DNA of 52,262 nucleotides from Octopus bimaculoides (GCF_001194135.2 NC_068984.1:19874724-19926985); one strand, 5' to 3'. Shown: positions 23,775 through 35,843, counted from the first letter of the stretch. Numbers and translations: made by a program. Notes: generated from the letters alone by a model not told the origin.

Positions 23775-24075
23775 CTCTCGAGTCTGAGAAAGACAATTCT
23801 ACAATTTCTTGCTGAGCAACTTGCACAAATGATTTGTCATGATTTGTTTATAGTGATCAAATGTATGTGTTGTACATTAGCTCATGACCTCCATCAAACT
23901 GACCTTACCTGTGCCAGTATGCATGGTATGCCACACACCAGGTATCAAAGTGATCACAGAGCAACATGAAAAGAAGCGCCACGCTCAAGGACACAACACC
24001 CCTCCCAACCTGATCCAGATTCAAAATAACAATCTTGCAATCACAAGTGCAACACCCTAACCACCTGACCACATG
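23775..24075 (-). mobile_element. Family F tRNA/CORE-like SINE
   Basis: Collinear with 7945-8522. Confidence 0.7.
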
Positions 24076-24087
24076 CTCTCACATATA

Positions 24088-24315
24088 TACTCTTTTACTC
24101 TTTTACTTGTTTCAGTCATTTGACTGCGGTCATGCTGGGGCACCGCCTTTAGTCAAGCAAATCGACCCCAGGACTTATTCTTTGTAAGCCTAGTACTTAT
24201 TCTATTGGTCTCTTTTTGCCGAACCGTTAATTTACGAGGACGTAAACACACCAGCATCGGTTGTCAAGTGATGCTGGGGGGACAAACACAGACACACAAA
24301 CATATACACACATCC

Positions 24316-24348
<33 letters not shown>

Positions 24349-24507
24349 CACATATATATGACGGGCTTCTTTCAGTTTCCGTCTACCAAATTCACTCTCA
24401 AGGCTCTGGTCGGCCCGAGGCTATAGTAGAAGACACTTGCCCAAGGTGCCACGCAGTGGGACTAAACCCGGAACCATGTGATTGGTAAGCAAGCTACTTA
24501 CCACACA
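24088..24507 (-). mobile_element. Near full-length family B tRNA/CORE-like SINE with an internal (TA)/(CA) tract
   Basis: Minus strand tgtgtggtaagtagcttgcttaccaatcacatggttccggg...gtggcaccttgggcaagtgtc (CORE-like) ...gactgaaacaagtaaaagagtaaaagag. Confidence 0.9.
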
Positions 24508-25597
24508 ATGTGTGCATGTATGCATATTGGCAAAGCATGACCGTAAAAGGTAGAGTGTTGAGCAAAAGAAAACTTTGTGATACTTGATTACCCCCTTTTT
24601 ATATCACATCCTGCTTATGTTACAGTGTCTCCCAGTCAGCTTTACATTTTGTCCTTCCGAAGTTAATAAAATCAATAAACACCAGACAAGGTACTGGGGT
24701 TGATGAGAGCAATAGCCCAGCACAGCCACAAGCGTGTGTAAGAAAATGAGAGGTAGGGGTGTGCAAATATAGTTGTGTGGTTATTATGAGCTCAAGTATT
24801 TCCACTCCACTGTGTTGAACCCATCAGCCTGCACACGTGCGGACAGAAACATATATACATATTTGTAGGCTGGATGGGATGTAATAACATCTATTATATC
24901 AAATATATATATACACACAATATTCATATAGATGCCCTTAATTGAAAACAAAAACTCCTTGACATACATTTGCATTGAAACACAAAAGTATACACATATA
25001 ATAATCATATATCATTCACACTGAATGAAGAGAAATTGGCATTTAAACAGTTATAGGCCATCATCACTTATACACAAACAAGGGAGCCTCTACACAATTA
25101 CTCGACCAGCTAGAAATAGCAGCTACATTTCCCTAAAATTACATGATGTTGTCTTAAAGAAAGAAGTTATATCAGATGGTCGTGGCTGGAGTACTCAATT
25201 ATATGTCTGGTGAGCTTAACCAGAGATGAACCTAGGACTGGTTACCCAAAAACAATGGCTTTTCCAGATGCACATACAGAAGAAAAAAAGAAAAACAGGG
25301 AAAGAGAGAAAAGCAGCCTCTGTGAGGTCACTTAAATAGGCTAGAAACAACAGTCAAATCTCTTTCAAATTACATCCTACAAAAGAGAAACATAGACTGC
25401 ATATTGTAGCCCTGTATACATTATGCATATAAAAGACAGGATAGTCATAGTTAGAACACTTTTAAGTGTAGGTCCACTAAATCAGGGCTGATGTGATGCT
25501 CAAGAATAACTACACACACATACAAAATATCATTTCATACAAACACATTGCAAATAATATCTCCCTTCAACAATGCATGCACTTATGGAAAAAGAAT

Positions 25598-25628
<31 letters not shown>

Positions 25629-26124
25629 ACACATGCATACACAATAGGGGCCCCAATGAACAGCACTTTGCCCTTTGCATTTGCTCAATTTGCAGGTGTG
25701 CCCATCAGCATCAACTGATATCCAGCTAGACCACTTAGCTCCATTAATGTATAATAAAAACAGGGAAGTCAGAAAATACAAAATGGATAATTAAATATTT
25801 ATCACAAAGTGTTCAATTAATATTTATGTATTAATGGGTTAACAAAGATCGAAGTAGTATTTAGCTGTAACTCATGAAGTGGTGGTTTCTTCCAAACTTT
25901 TCACTCAGTATAAAATATCCTGCTAAAAGTATAGGTGCTGCCCATAATATAACATCACCATCATCATTTGACATCCACGTTCCATGGACATTTTATATAT
26001 TTTCCCTACCATGGGGGTCTCAGGTTCAGTCTCATTTCATAAAATCGTCAACAAATATCTTCTACTATAGTCTCAGGCCAACCAAAGCTTTGTCAGTGAA
26101 CTTGACAAAAAAGCCTGTCATATA

Positions 26125-26184
26125 CAGACAGACAGACAGACAGACAGACAGAGATAGACAGATGGGTGGATGGATGGATGGATG

Positions 26185-26228
<44 letters not shown>

Positions 26229-26250
26229 TAGATAGAGAGATAGATAGATT
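26125..26250. repeat. Compound (GACA)n(GATG)n(GATA)n tetranucleotide repeat
   Basis: Direct reading. Confidence 0.9.
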
Positions 26251-26321
26251 CATACATACATACACACACACAAATGCATGAGTGTGTATATGCATATATA
26301 TACACATATGTGAGATATTTG

Positions 26322-26595
26322 TGTCATTATTATCAACATCATGTTGGCATGGGTTGGATGGCTTGACTGAGGACTGGCAAGCCAGGATGCTGCACCAGGC
26401 TCCAATCTGATCTGGCAACGTTTCTACAGGTGGATGTCCTTCCTAATGACAACCACTCCGAGAGTATAGTGGGTGCTTTTTATCTGCTACCGGCACAGGA
26501 GCCAGTCAGGCAGCATTGGCATAAGCCACATTCAGATGTTGCTTTTTACGTGCCCCCGGCACGGAGTGATAGTCAGGCAGCACTGGCAACGACCC
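26322..26595 (-). mobile_element. Family A RTE-tail copy
   Basis: gcatgggttggatggcttgactgaggactggcaagcc...ggatgtccttcctaatgacaaccactcc. Confidence 0.8.
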
Positions 26596-27211
26596 CCCAC
26601 ACACACACACAAACATACACACACATACACACGCGCGCACACACATACACAGACACGTGTGTGTGTACACCTTTTTCATAGCAGCCACTGAGCGGTTGTG
26701 CTAATCTACCTCCGACAATAGAAAGCAGTCACTATATTTCCCTCCATACCGGCTAACTCTGATGAGCATAAAGTTATATAATTGAATTGTTACCTAACAC
26801 TCCATTGTATTTTTTATACAAAACTGATTGATACGATCAGCTATGATGGATATTTAATACTATACATTTCAGATACTATATATACGTCTGTGTGTGTGTG
26901 TGTAAACATATACATATATCTCACATGTGTTTATATATAAATATATACATCATTAATTGAATATATTCTGTTAGAATATTATACAATGAATTTATAAAGA
27001 TGTATTAATTAAGAAATTTTTAAACTATCATGTTTCATATATTTATATATATTTTTAATACAATACTATTTTAGACATATATATATCTTCGTGAGAAATT
27101 TTGTTTGATATTGAATTTCATGCTATTATTTCAAAATACAGTATATATAAATATATACATACACACAGACACAGACACACACACATATAAATATGAACAT
27201 ATACACAAACA

Positions 27212-27243
<32 letters not shown>

Positions 27244-28133
27244 TTAATTATGTAGTGACGCAAAGACATCTATACATATATATGTGTGTGTTTTTGTGTG
27301 TTCCCTTTGACTTGATACCATGTGAGGGTTGGTAAGAGGAAGGGCATCCAGCTATTGAAAATCTGTCTCAACAAGTACCACCTGACCCATGCAAGCATGG
27401 AAAAATGAACATTAAAACAATGATGATGATGATGATGATGATATACACACACAACCACTCAGAAATGTGGTACTCTAGTATGACCATAGGTGTAGTGTCA
27501 AAAACAAACTAAATATTAATCACTGAAGATATAGAACAAGGAACTCTAAACAGCAACTTGAAGTTAAACTCTATAATGTTACTAAAACTGTCACAAAACC
27601 ATTCACACTGGGGAAGAATATAGACAATTCTACCCCAGTACTTGACTGGTTCTTTATGAGCCAAGGGGAAAACCTCAAGTGGTCACTCAATTTGCTAGAA
27701 ACAGCAGCCATGTCTGTCTTAAACGAAACATTTTAGTAAATAGCACGTTAAATAATGAGTTCCTGGGTTCCCTTCTCATGTAATAAAGATGGGACGGTCA
27801 TAGCCGGATTGCCTTTAAATATACGTTTATCTGATCAGGACTGATATGGAGCTATATACAGCAACGACAACATCAACAACAAATGAAATTTTATTTTTTC
27901 CAAGTCTGTAAATATAAGAGACAAAGCTGACCCCATAGCGATTTCAACCCATAACATAAGCAATTGAAAATATTTTATTTTTATTCAATCACAAGCACAG
28001 GAAATTTCAAAAGTTCACAGGAAATGAGATTGTATTATATTTCATAATTTTCTCAAGAAATCATTAGCTACTTCAAGCAGGAATTGAAACCGTATCCTAT
28101 TTTTAAAAAATCCCTATAGTTTTGGTACCTTAC

Positions 28134-28229
28134 CTTTTAAATAATCGATCCTTGATGTAAAAGCTTTATCCTGACAGAAGTTAACAGACAGATCCATGAT
28201 TGGAAAAGTATGAAAATAATCCAAATAAT
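28134..28229 (-). CDS. Candidate internal exon (96 nt, phase 1-1), unidentified gene
   Basis: ttactgattacctgtag|ATTATT...TTAAAAG|gtaagg. Only one frame is open: YLDYFHTFPIMDLSVNFCQDKAFTSRIDYLK. Confidence 0.4.
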
Positions 28230-29038
28230 CTACAGGTAATCAGTAAAATCCATACAAACAGCTGTAATCCTTGTCCAAATGCATTTTGTGTTGTTGTTGT
28301 TGTTGTTGTTCTTGTTATCATATAGTTGTTATTATTGGTAGAGATGATGATGATAATGATGATGATGATGATGATGATGATGACGATGACGATGACAATG
28401 AGAACATTGGTGATTCTTTCTTTAAATGTTAGCAAATATCCACAGGTTCAAATTGATATGAAATTCCTCTCAGCTTATGTGAGAGTAAGTAATGCAAATA
28501 GATAAGTATGTATGTGTGTTTTTATGTGTGCATATAGATATATGTGTGTGGGAGGGNNNNNNNNNNNNNNNNNNNNNNNNNNNNNNNNNNNNNNNNNNNN
28601 NNNNNNNNNNNNNNNNNNNNNNGGGAGAGGGAGAGAGATAGTGAAAGAGGATATGAGAGAGAGAAAGAAAGCAAAAGAGAAAAAGAGATAGAGATAGAGA
28701 AAGAGGGCAAAAGAGAAAAAGATAGAGAAAGAGAGGAATAAATAGATATATAATGAATATATAAATGCACTACAAAAATATAAGTGGGTGGGTGTGAGTG
28801 TGTGTATGATTGGGTAGGTGTGTATATGTATGTATGTGTGTGTTTAAGAGTTTGTGTATTAGAGAGTGACAGAAGGAGAGAGAGGAAGAAAGAGGGTGAG
28901 AAAGAGAGGGAGAGAGGGTGAGAGAGAGGGAGGGAGAGAGGGAGAGGGTGAATATGAAAGCAAACAAATAAAGAAGGAAAATATCTGATATAAAAATGCA
29001 CTAGAAAAGCACTGGTGTGTGTGTGTGTGTGTATGTGT

Positions 29039-29230
29039 ATGGAAGCGTGTGTGTGTGTGTATGGAAGCGTGTGTGTGTGTGTATGGAAGCGGGTGTGTGT
29101 GTGTATGGAAGCGGGTGTGTGTGTGTATGGAAGCGGGTGTGTGTGTGTATGGAAGCGGGTGTGTGTGTGTATGGAAGCGGGTGTGTGTGTGTATGGAAGC
29201 GGGTGTGTGTGTGTATGGAAGCGGGTGTGT
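29039..29230. repeat. 22-bp minisatellite (ATGGAAGCGGGTGTGTGTGTGT) x9
   Basis: atgg recurs at exactly 22-bp steps from 29039 to 29215. Confidence 0.95.
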
Positions 29231-29871
29231 GCGTGTGCGTGTGTGTACGGATGAATGTGTGCCTTTAAGCGAGACAGATAGATTGGTAGAGCTATAAACA
29301 GAGAAAGATATAGACAGATGGATAAAGATAACAACACTGTGAGTAATAATTCTTTGTTATTATTGGTCTTCTTCTTGCTGTAATAATTGCTGTTTAACCC
29401 TAGGTCGGACCCAATGAAGCAAACCAATGATCAAGGTGGTCCAGCAATGAAATATCTCATCTTCATTCCAAACATACTTTTTCTATGACTGAAATTATCC
29501 AATGTGTATTTCTCTATTTCTCTTCTTATTTTTTTATAGTGTAATTTAATGGAGAATTAGCTGCTATTTCTACCATGATCAACTACCACTTAGAGCCTAC
29601 TTAGTTGGTGGCTTCTATTAATTTTGTATTAAAATCAGACCAGGTAATGAAAACCAAGTGTTTAGGTCATCCCATCTCATCTTGTTGTGACCAACAGGTG
29701 ATCAACCTGTTCTGTTAATAACAATAGCAATACTAATATGAATGTTATGCTATAGTGATTTTCACATATATTAAACACAATGTGTGTGAGTGTGTGCGTG
29801 TGTTATATGTGTGTGTATACACACATACACAGACACACACATATACATATAGAAACATATACATATGCTTA

Positions 29872-29902
<31 letters not shown>

Positions 29903-29912
29903 NNNNNNNNNN

Positions 29913-29949
<37 letters not shown>

Positions 29950-30000
29950 TTGTATATACATATAAATACAAACACACACACATATAAATATATATTATAT

Positions 30001-30040
<40 letters not shown>

Positions 30041-30756
30041 GAACTTTTTGTACACAGTGTTCAGGTGAACTAAATGCATCAGAAAAATATATACATGTAT
30101 AAATACATACATATACATATATAAATACATACACACGTGGGTGTATGTGTGTGCGTGTACATGTATATGTATGTGTGTATATATATATAAAATGTGCGTG
30201 TGTTTGTGTGTATGTATATATATAAAATGTGCGCGCGTGTGTGTGNNNNNNNNNNNNNNNNNNNNNNNNNNNNNNNNNNNNNNNNNNNNNNNNNNNNNNN
30301 NNNNNNNNNNNNNNNNNNNNNNNNNNNNNNNNNNNNNNNNNNNNNNNNNNNNNNNNNNNNNNNNNNNNNNNNNNNNNNNNNNNNNNNNNNNNNNNNNNNN
30401 NNNNNNNNNNNNNNNNNNNNNNNNNNNNNNNNNNNNNNNNNNNNNNNNNNNNNNNNNNNNNNNNNNNNNNNNNNNNNNNNNNNNNNNNNNNNNNNNNNNN
30501 NNNNNNNNNNNNNNNNNNNNNNNNNNNNNNNNNNNNNNNNNNNNNNNNNNNNNNNNNNNNNNNNNNNNNNNNNNNNNNNNNNNNNNNNNNNNNNNNNNNN
30601 NNNNNNNNNNNNNNNNNNNNNNNNNNNNNNNNNNNNNNNNNNNNNNNNNNNNNNNNNNNNNNNNNNNNNNNNNNNNNNNNNNNNNNNNNNNNNNNNNNNN
30701 NNNNNNNNNNNNNNNNNNNNNNNNNNNNNNNNNNNNNNNNNNNNNNNNNNNNNNNN

Positions 30757-30811
<55 letters not shown>

Positions 30812-31513
30812 GATGCATTTAGCGCATTAGTGCTTGCAACCCACTTGCTCATAGCTCACTACTACTAACCCATGTGGTGAACAGGGAAGCAGACCAGCAT
30901 GTGAGTTTTTCCTACAAGAATGAAGCCTCTCTCTTATCAAGACTTCTGCTAAACCTACCTACAATAAAACATATAAACTGAATACTTCAAAGCCCCAGGT
31001 TAACTTAACAAGGGTCACAGTGCTGCTGAGGGCTTAGAGATACAGTGCTACAGGCCTACCCTAGTGGATATACCCTGAGCTTATTGATCTCTGCCTTACT
31101 ACATTATGTGAGTCAAAAAAGATAAAGAATAGGGTAGAACACTTTTGGTAAAAACAGACTGGATTTCTGGCAGCCTCTTACAGCTGGTAGGAAGAGATAC
31201 CAATTGTCCCACTAGCCCTATCTTTCTCATCATCATCTAATGTCGGTTTTCCACACCTGTATGGTCAAAAAGAATTTGTTTAAGCAGGTTTTTTCTATGG
31301 TTGGATGCTCTTCCTGCTGCTCACCTTCACCTATTTCAAACCAAGGTAATATTTTCTTGTAGCTAGACACATTTTTCATGTAAGAGTGGAACCAAACAAC
31401 CTTGGTTTTATGATGACAATGCTCATTTACAACTAACACATGATGTCTAGGAAAGGGTACACACACAAACATGTAAACACACATATATAAATGATGGACT
31501 TCTTTTCTCAGTT

Positions 31514-31670
31514 CTATATTTAAGAGATGAGGAATTATGTACATTATTTACATTATTTACATTTGATGGATATTTGTCTTAACCACCATATGCCCGTGGG
31601 CATATGGTGGTTAAGAGCGCGGGCTACTAACTCCAAGATTCCGAGTTTGATTCCAAGCAGTGACCTAAAC

Positions 31671-31705
<35 letters not shown>

Positions 31706-31854
31706 CAACAACATCGAAAAATACCTTAGGAATGAGAACCCAGGTTCAAAATTTCCCCCAAGACACCTGATGAAGGCTGGAAGGTATATCAGCCGAAATG
31801 TTGTGTTAACAACAAACAAGATGAGGACAAATATCCGTCAAATGTAAATAATGT
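31514..31854 (+). mobile_element. Non-autonomous Penelope-like element: tRNA-like head, (AAT)n, hammerhead, inverted 5' duplication, 13-bp TSD
   Basis: TSD tcttttctcagtt at 31501-31513 and 31855-31867. 31541-31578 is the reverse complement of the 3' end. Palindrome 31578-31595/31598-31615. Hammerhead fold at 31763-31807. Inserted in a family B SINE. Confidence 0.7.
31763..31807 (+). ncRNA. Minimal type I hammerhead ribozyme fold
   Basis: Stem I ACAC/GTGT, CTGATGA 31767-31773, stem II GGCTG/CAGCC, GAAA 31795-31798, mini stem III ATGT (probably ACGT decayed at CpG), GTT cleavage triplet. Confidence 0.65.
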
Positions 31855-32044
31855 TCTTTTCTCAGTTTCCATCAACCAAATCCACTCTCAAGGCTTTGGC
31901 CAAACTGGTAGAAGACACTTCCCCAAGTTTCATTGCAGTGGGACTGAACCCAGGACCATTTGGTTGAGCAGCAAGCTTCTTACCACACAGTAATGCCTGT
32001 GCTATATAAACATACATATATATATATATTTCCTTTCAAGTGTT

Positions 32045-32400
32045 GGGTCTCATGGAGAATATGACTGAGATCTTCGGCATTCTGTCATGCTTGAGAAGAC
32101 CCATAAAGCTGAGAAAAATCGCAGTTGTGGCAGTTACCCATGTAATGCAAAATGGTACATGTGCCAGTGGCATGTAAAAGCAACCCGGCGTCATGCAAAT
32201 GGCACCCATGCCAGTGGCACATAAAAGCACCCATTATATTCTTGGGGTGGTTGGCACTTGGAAGGGCACCAGCCGTAAGAAAACCATGCCAAATCAGACG
32301 GGAGTCTGGTGCAGCTTTCCAGTGTGCCACCCCAGTCAAACCACCTAACCCCTGCCAGTATGGACAATGGACGTTAAATGATGATGATGATGATGATGAT
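32045..32400 (+). mobile_element. Family A RTE 3' end
   Basis: gcttgagaagaccc ORF-end remnant, repeated gccagtggca..aaaagca motifs and a (GAT)n tail. Confidence 0.8.
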
Positions 32401-32404
32401 ATAC

Positions 32405-32560
32405 AATGGGCTTCTTTCAGTTTCCATCTATCAGATCCACTCACAAGGCTTTGGTCAGCCTGAGGGCTATAGTAAAAGACACTTTCCCATGGTGCCACAA
32501 AGTGGTACAACCCAAGGTCACATGGTTGGGAAGCAAAGTTCTTAACCACATAGCAGTAAT
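32405..32560 (-). mobile_element. Family B SINE 5' half
   Basis: gggcttctttcagtttcc...ggttgggaagcaaagttcttaaccacatagc. Confidence 0.8.
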
Positions 32561-32595
32561 ACTGGAAAATGCACGCCACCACCACCACTACCATA

Positions 32596-32830
32596 ATGCT
32601 ACACTATGAAGGCATCTTCTCCAACAATGTGATTTATAGACCTTGGATCTCAGTAGGTATCACTAAGCTTTTGGCAACATTTGATGCAGATTCTCTGCTC
32701 AACTTTTTCTGTCATTGTCAATGCGATGATTACATGCAACACCCCTTCCTTCCAAGCACTGCTGTAAACAGCAGAAGTGAGCTAGAACATTAAAACTTAG
32801 TGTGCATGTACAGTAAAGTTCAAGGTCAAC
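32596..32830 (-). pseudogene. Mariner transposase 5' fragment
   Basis: ATG at 32715 gives MTEKVEQRICIKCCQKLSDTY*...GEDA, the mariner EQRxxIKFC N-terminal motif. Confidence 0.6.
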
Positions 32831-32916
32831 CTCTGCCAAGCAACTTCACTCTGCATGCTTTAGCTTCGTTACTATAGCAACAGTCCGAATACTTATTGAT
32901 CAGTCTACATGTGTGC

Positions 32917-32967
<51 letters not shown>

Positions 32968-33191
32968 TGCACAGAATATTTATTTATATATATATATATA
33001 TATATGCACAGTGTATTTAGGTTTGAATGTGCAAGTGGGTAAATGAGAAGGTGCTTTTGTATTTAATGTGTATGTACATATATATGCATGCATGAGAGTA
33101 ATTATATATTAGTTTGTGTATATAAATGAATCTGTGTATGAGTGTCTGTGAAGTATGTGTGTCAACGTGCAACTATGTTTGCATGTGTGTG

Positions 33192-33240
<49 letters not shown>

Positions 33241-34360
33241 ATAAATATATGTGAATATGCATGTGTTTGTGTGTGCTATATACAAGACGGTAAGTAGCCA
33301 ATATTAAAAGCCAAAGAAATTAATGATGAAACCAGGTGACTGCTTAGTACTAACAGGTAGAAACTATGAATTAAACATAGTAGCAATGGAAACAAAACAG
33401 ACTGAAACAAAACCCTTGAATAATAAAGCGACTAACATTCAATCTATATTTCTTTCTTTCAGTCTCACAATTCAATCTCAGAAACAATGTCGTCGTCATC
33501 ATCATCATCATCATCATCATCATAACTATTATCATCTTCATTCATCATTATTGTTGTCATCATCATAAACATTGCAACTATCATCATTGCAATCCCATGA
33601 TGCAGCGTCAATGTGGTCATTCTAACTACAAGAAATAGCAGCCCAATTTCCTTAAAACTCCTATCCGACCCTTTTAAACCTAGCACCAATATCACTATCA
33701 CCATCACCAGAACCACCATCATCGTCGTTATAACCATCACCATCATCATTATAACCACCACAATCATTATCATAATTACCACCGTCATCATAGTAATTGC
33801 AATTAGAAATATTATTTTTGTTTGTGTTATTTTTAGCCACGCCATCTACAGGGCATCCAATAAATTATGAGATGATGATAAATAAAGCATAATAATGAGG
33901 GGGGTTGGGGGGGATTTGTATGTGTGGGAGGCGTTTGTGTGGGGAGGGGTTGGTATCTTATTGTATTGCATTAAGAATAGGAGAAAAATAATAAATGCAC
34001 TAAAAAAACATGGGCGTGTATATGTGAATATAATAGTGTGGGGGAGAGGAACAGACAAGTGAAGACAGTGAGGAGAGGGTGGTCATGGGAGTGAGAAGAA
34101 TGAAGAGAGAGAGAGAGAGAGAAAGAAGGAGTGAGAGAGATAGCAGAAAGAGAGGGTGGGATAGTGTGTCAGGGTTGGTGACACTGACAATATAAGATAT
34201 GAATTCATATTTTTTCATGTGTCATTGAGTTGGAAAACTTAATTTGGAGAAATTAATCTAAGGCGGTAGCTTTAATCCATCACCAAATTCAACATCTATC
34301 ACCAGGTCCTTGAGTGCTTTTAGCAAAGTTCAGGCCAGAGCAAGCATCTGAGCCATGCTT

Positions 34361-34838
34361 CTGGTTTGAGGATAACTTGTTGCAAGCACTTAGAAAGTCA
34401 TACCACTGCTTTGAGGATGACTTGTTGTGAGCATTTGAGCCAAGCCTCTGGTTTGAGGATAACCTGCTATGAGCAATTGAGCCCCATGTCTCTGGTTTGA
34501 GGATAACTTGCTATGAGCACTTGAGCCCCATGTCTCTGGTTTGAGGATAACTTGTTGCAAGCATTTAGGAGTCATACTTCTGCTTTGAGGACAACTTGTT
34601 GTGAGCATTTGAGCCAAGCCTCTGGTTTGAGGATAACTTGCTATGAGCACTTGAGCCCCATGCCTCTGGTTTGAGGATAACTTACTGTGAGTATTTGGGC
34701 CATGCTCTTGGTTTGAGGATAACTTTGGAGTCATGCCTCTGGTTTAAACATAACTAGTTAGAAGTATCTGGACCATGTCTCTGAGTTAAGGATAACTTGC
34801 TACAAGCATTTGGGATACTTGTCTGGTTTGTGGATAAT
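34361..34838. repeat. 42-45-bp minisatellite (12 units) with conserved core CTGGTTTGAGGATAAC and higher-order A-B-C-C-A-B-C order
   Basis: Unit starts at 34361, 34406, 34448, 34492, 34536, 34580, 34622 and 34666, then four degenerate units. Confidence 0.9.
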
Positions 34839-35148
34839 TTCTCCCACAATTCTTAAAGACCCAAATAAAGTACAAAATCGCCAGCATGGAAAGCAGATGT
34901 TAAACGATGATGGTGATGATATTTATATATATGTAAGTTCAAATAAAGGTTAGAAAACTCAATAAAGGATAATAAAATCCAATGAAAATACTGGTTAGTG
35001 ACCCATTTAAAAAGTGATGAAAATTACTGTTAATATTCAACTGCAAGGTAACTAGAGAAACCGTGGTTTATATATATTTAAAGAAGATGAAAAAATAGAG
35101 AGATAATTAATAAATAATTATTTATTTATTAATTTTTAAAAATCGCCG

Positions 35149-35379
35149 TCTCTGACAGCTGTTTCAATTCCAGACCTTTAGAAATTATTTGACAAAATTA
35201 AAACCATTTAAAAGTCGAATCTCATCAGATTAAACGTTAAAGGTTTGCAGCTGCATACTCAACATGCAAGAATTGAACATCTAATATGTATATCTTTAGG
35301 TAACTCTGATGAGATTCTAAATTGTTTTAATTTTGTTAATTAATTTCTAAAGGTTTGGAATCGAAACAGCTGTCAGAGA
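35149..35379. mobile_element. Head-to-head inverted pair of Penelope-like termini, each carrying a hammerhead core
   Basis: Arms 35149-35229 and 35305-35379 are reverse complements. Each reads CTGATGA-GATTC...GAAT(C/T)-GAAA-CAGCTG-TC. Confidence 0.65.
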
Positions 35380-35440
35380 TGTTGTCAGATTTTTTCTCCC
35401 CCGTCTTTGTCTTTTGTTTTTTTTGTGAATTCTCCCTACA

Positions 35441-35475
<35 letters not shown>

Positions 35476-35477
35476 AT

Positions 35478-35683
35478 GCTGGTGTCATGCAAAAAGCACC
35501 CAGCACACTTTGTAAAGTGGTTGGCATTAGGAAAAACATCCAGCTGTAGAGACCATGCCAAAACAGACAATTTAAACCTGGTGTAGCTCTCCAACTTGCA
35601 AGCTCTTCTCAACTGCCCAACCCATGCCAGCATGAAAAACAGGTATTTAGTGATGATGATGATGAGGAGGATGATGATGATGA
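35478..35683 (+). mobile_element. Family A RTE-tail copy
   Basis: aaaaagcacccagcacac...gtggttggcattaggaaaaacatccagctgtag...(GAT)n. Confidence 0.8.
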
Positions 35684-35843
35684 CCAATGACACACATACA
35701 ATGGGCTTCTTTCAGTCTGCACCTGTCAAATCTACTCACAAGGCTCTATTGAGTTCATGGCTATAATAAAAGACACTTTGCCAAGGTACAGCGCAGTGGA
35801 ACTGAACATAAAAATACATAATTATAATAATTTATTATTTTAG

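Noticed and set aside
26754-26776. Hammerhead at taactCTGATGAgcataaagtta
   Set aside because: It lacks stem II and GAAA. At most it is a collapsed remnant.
28522-30868. Long ORFs of 200-311 aa
   Set aside because: They are made of N-runs and dinucleotide/minisatellite translations. The same applies to 36759-37493 and 44648-45430.
33289-33297. Strong plus-strand donor ACG|gtaagt
   Set aside because: It is preceded only by (GT)n microsatellite with no acceptor or open frame.
34361-34838. CRISPR array
   Set aside because: The context is animal, there are no cas genes, and the 'spacers' are homologous to each other and recur in order. It is a minisatellite.
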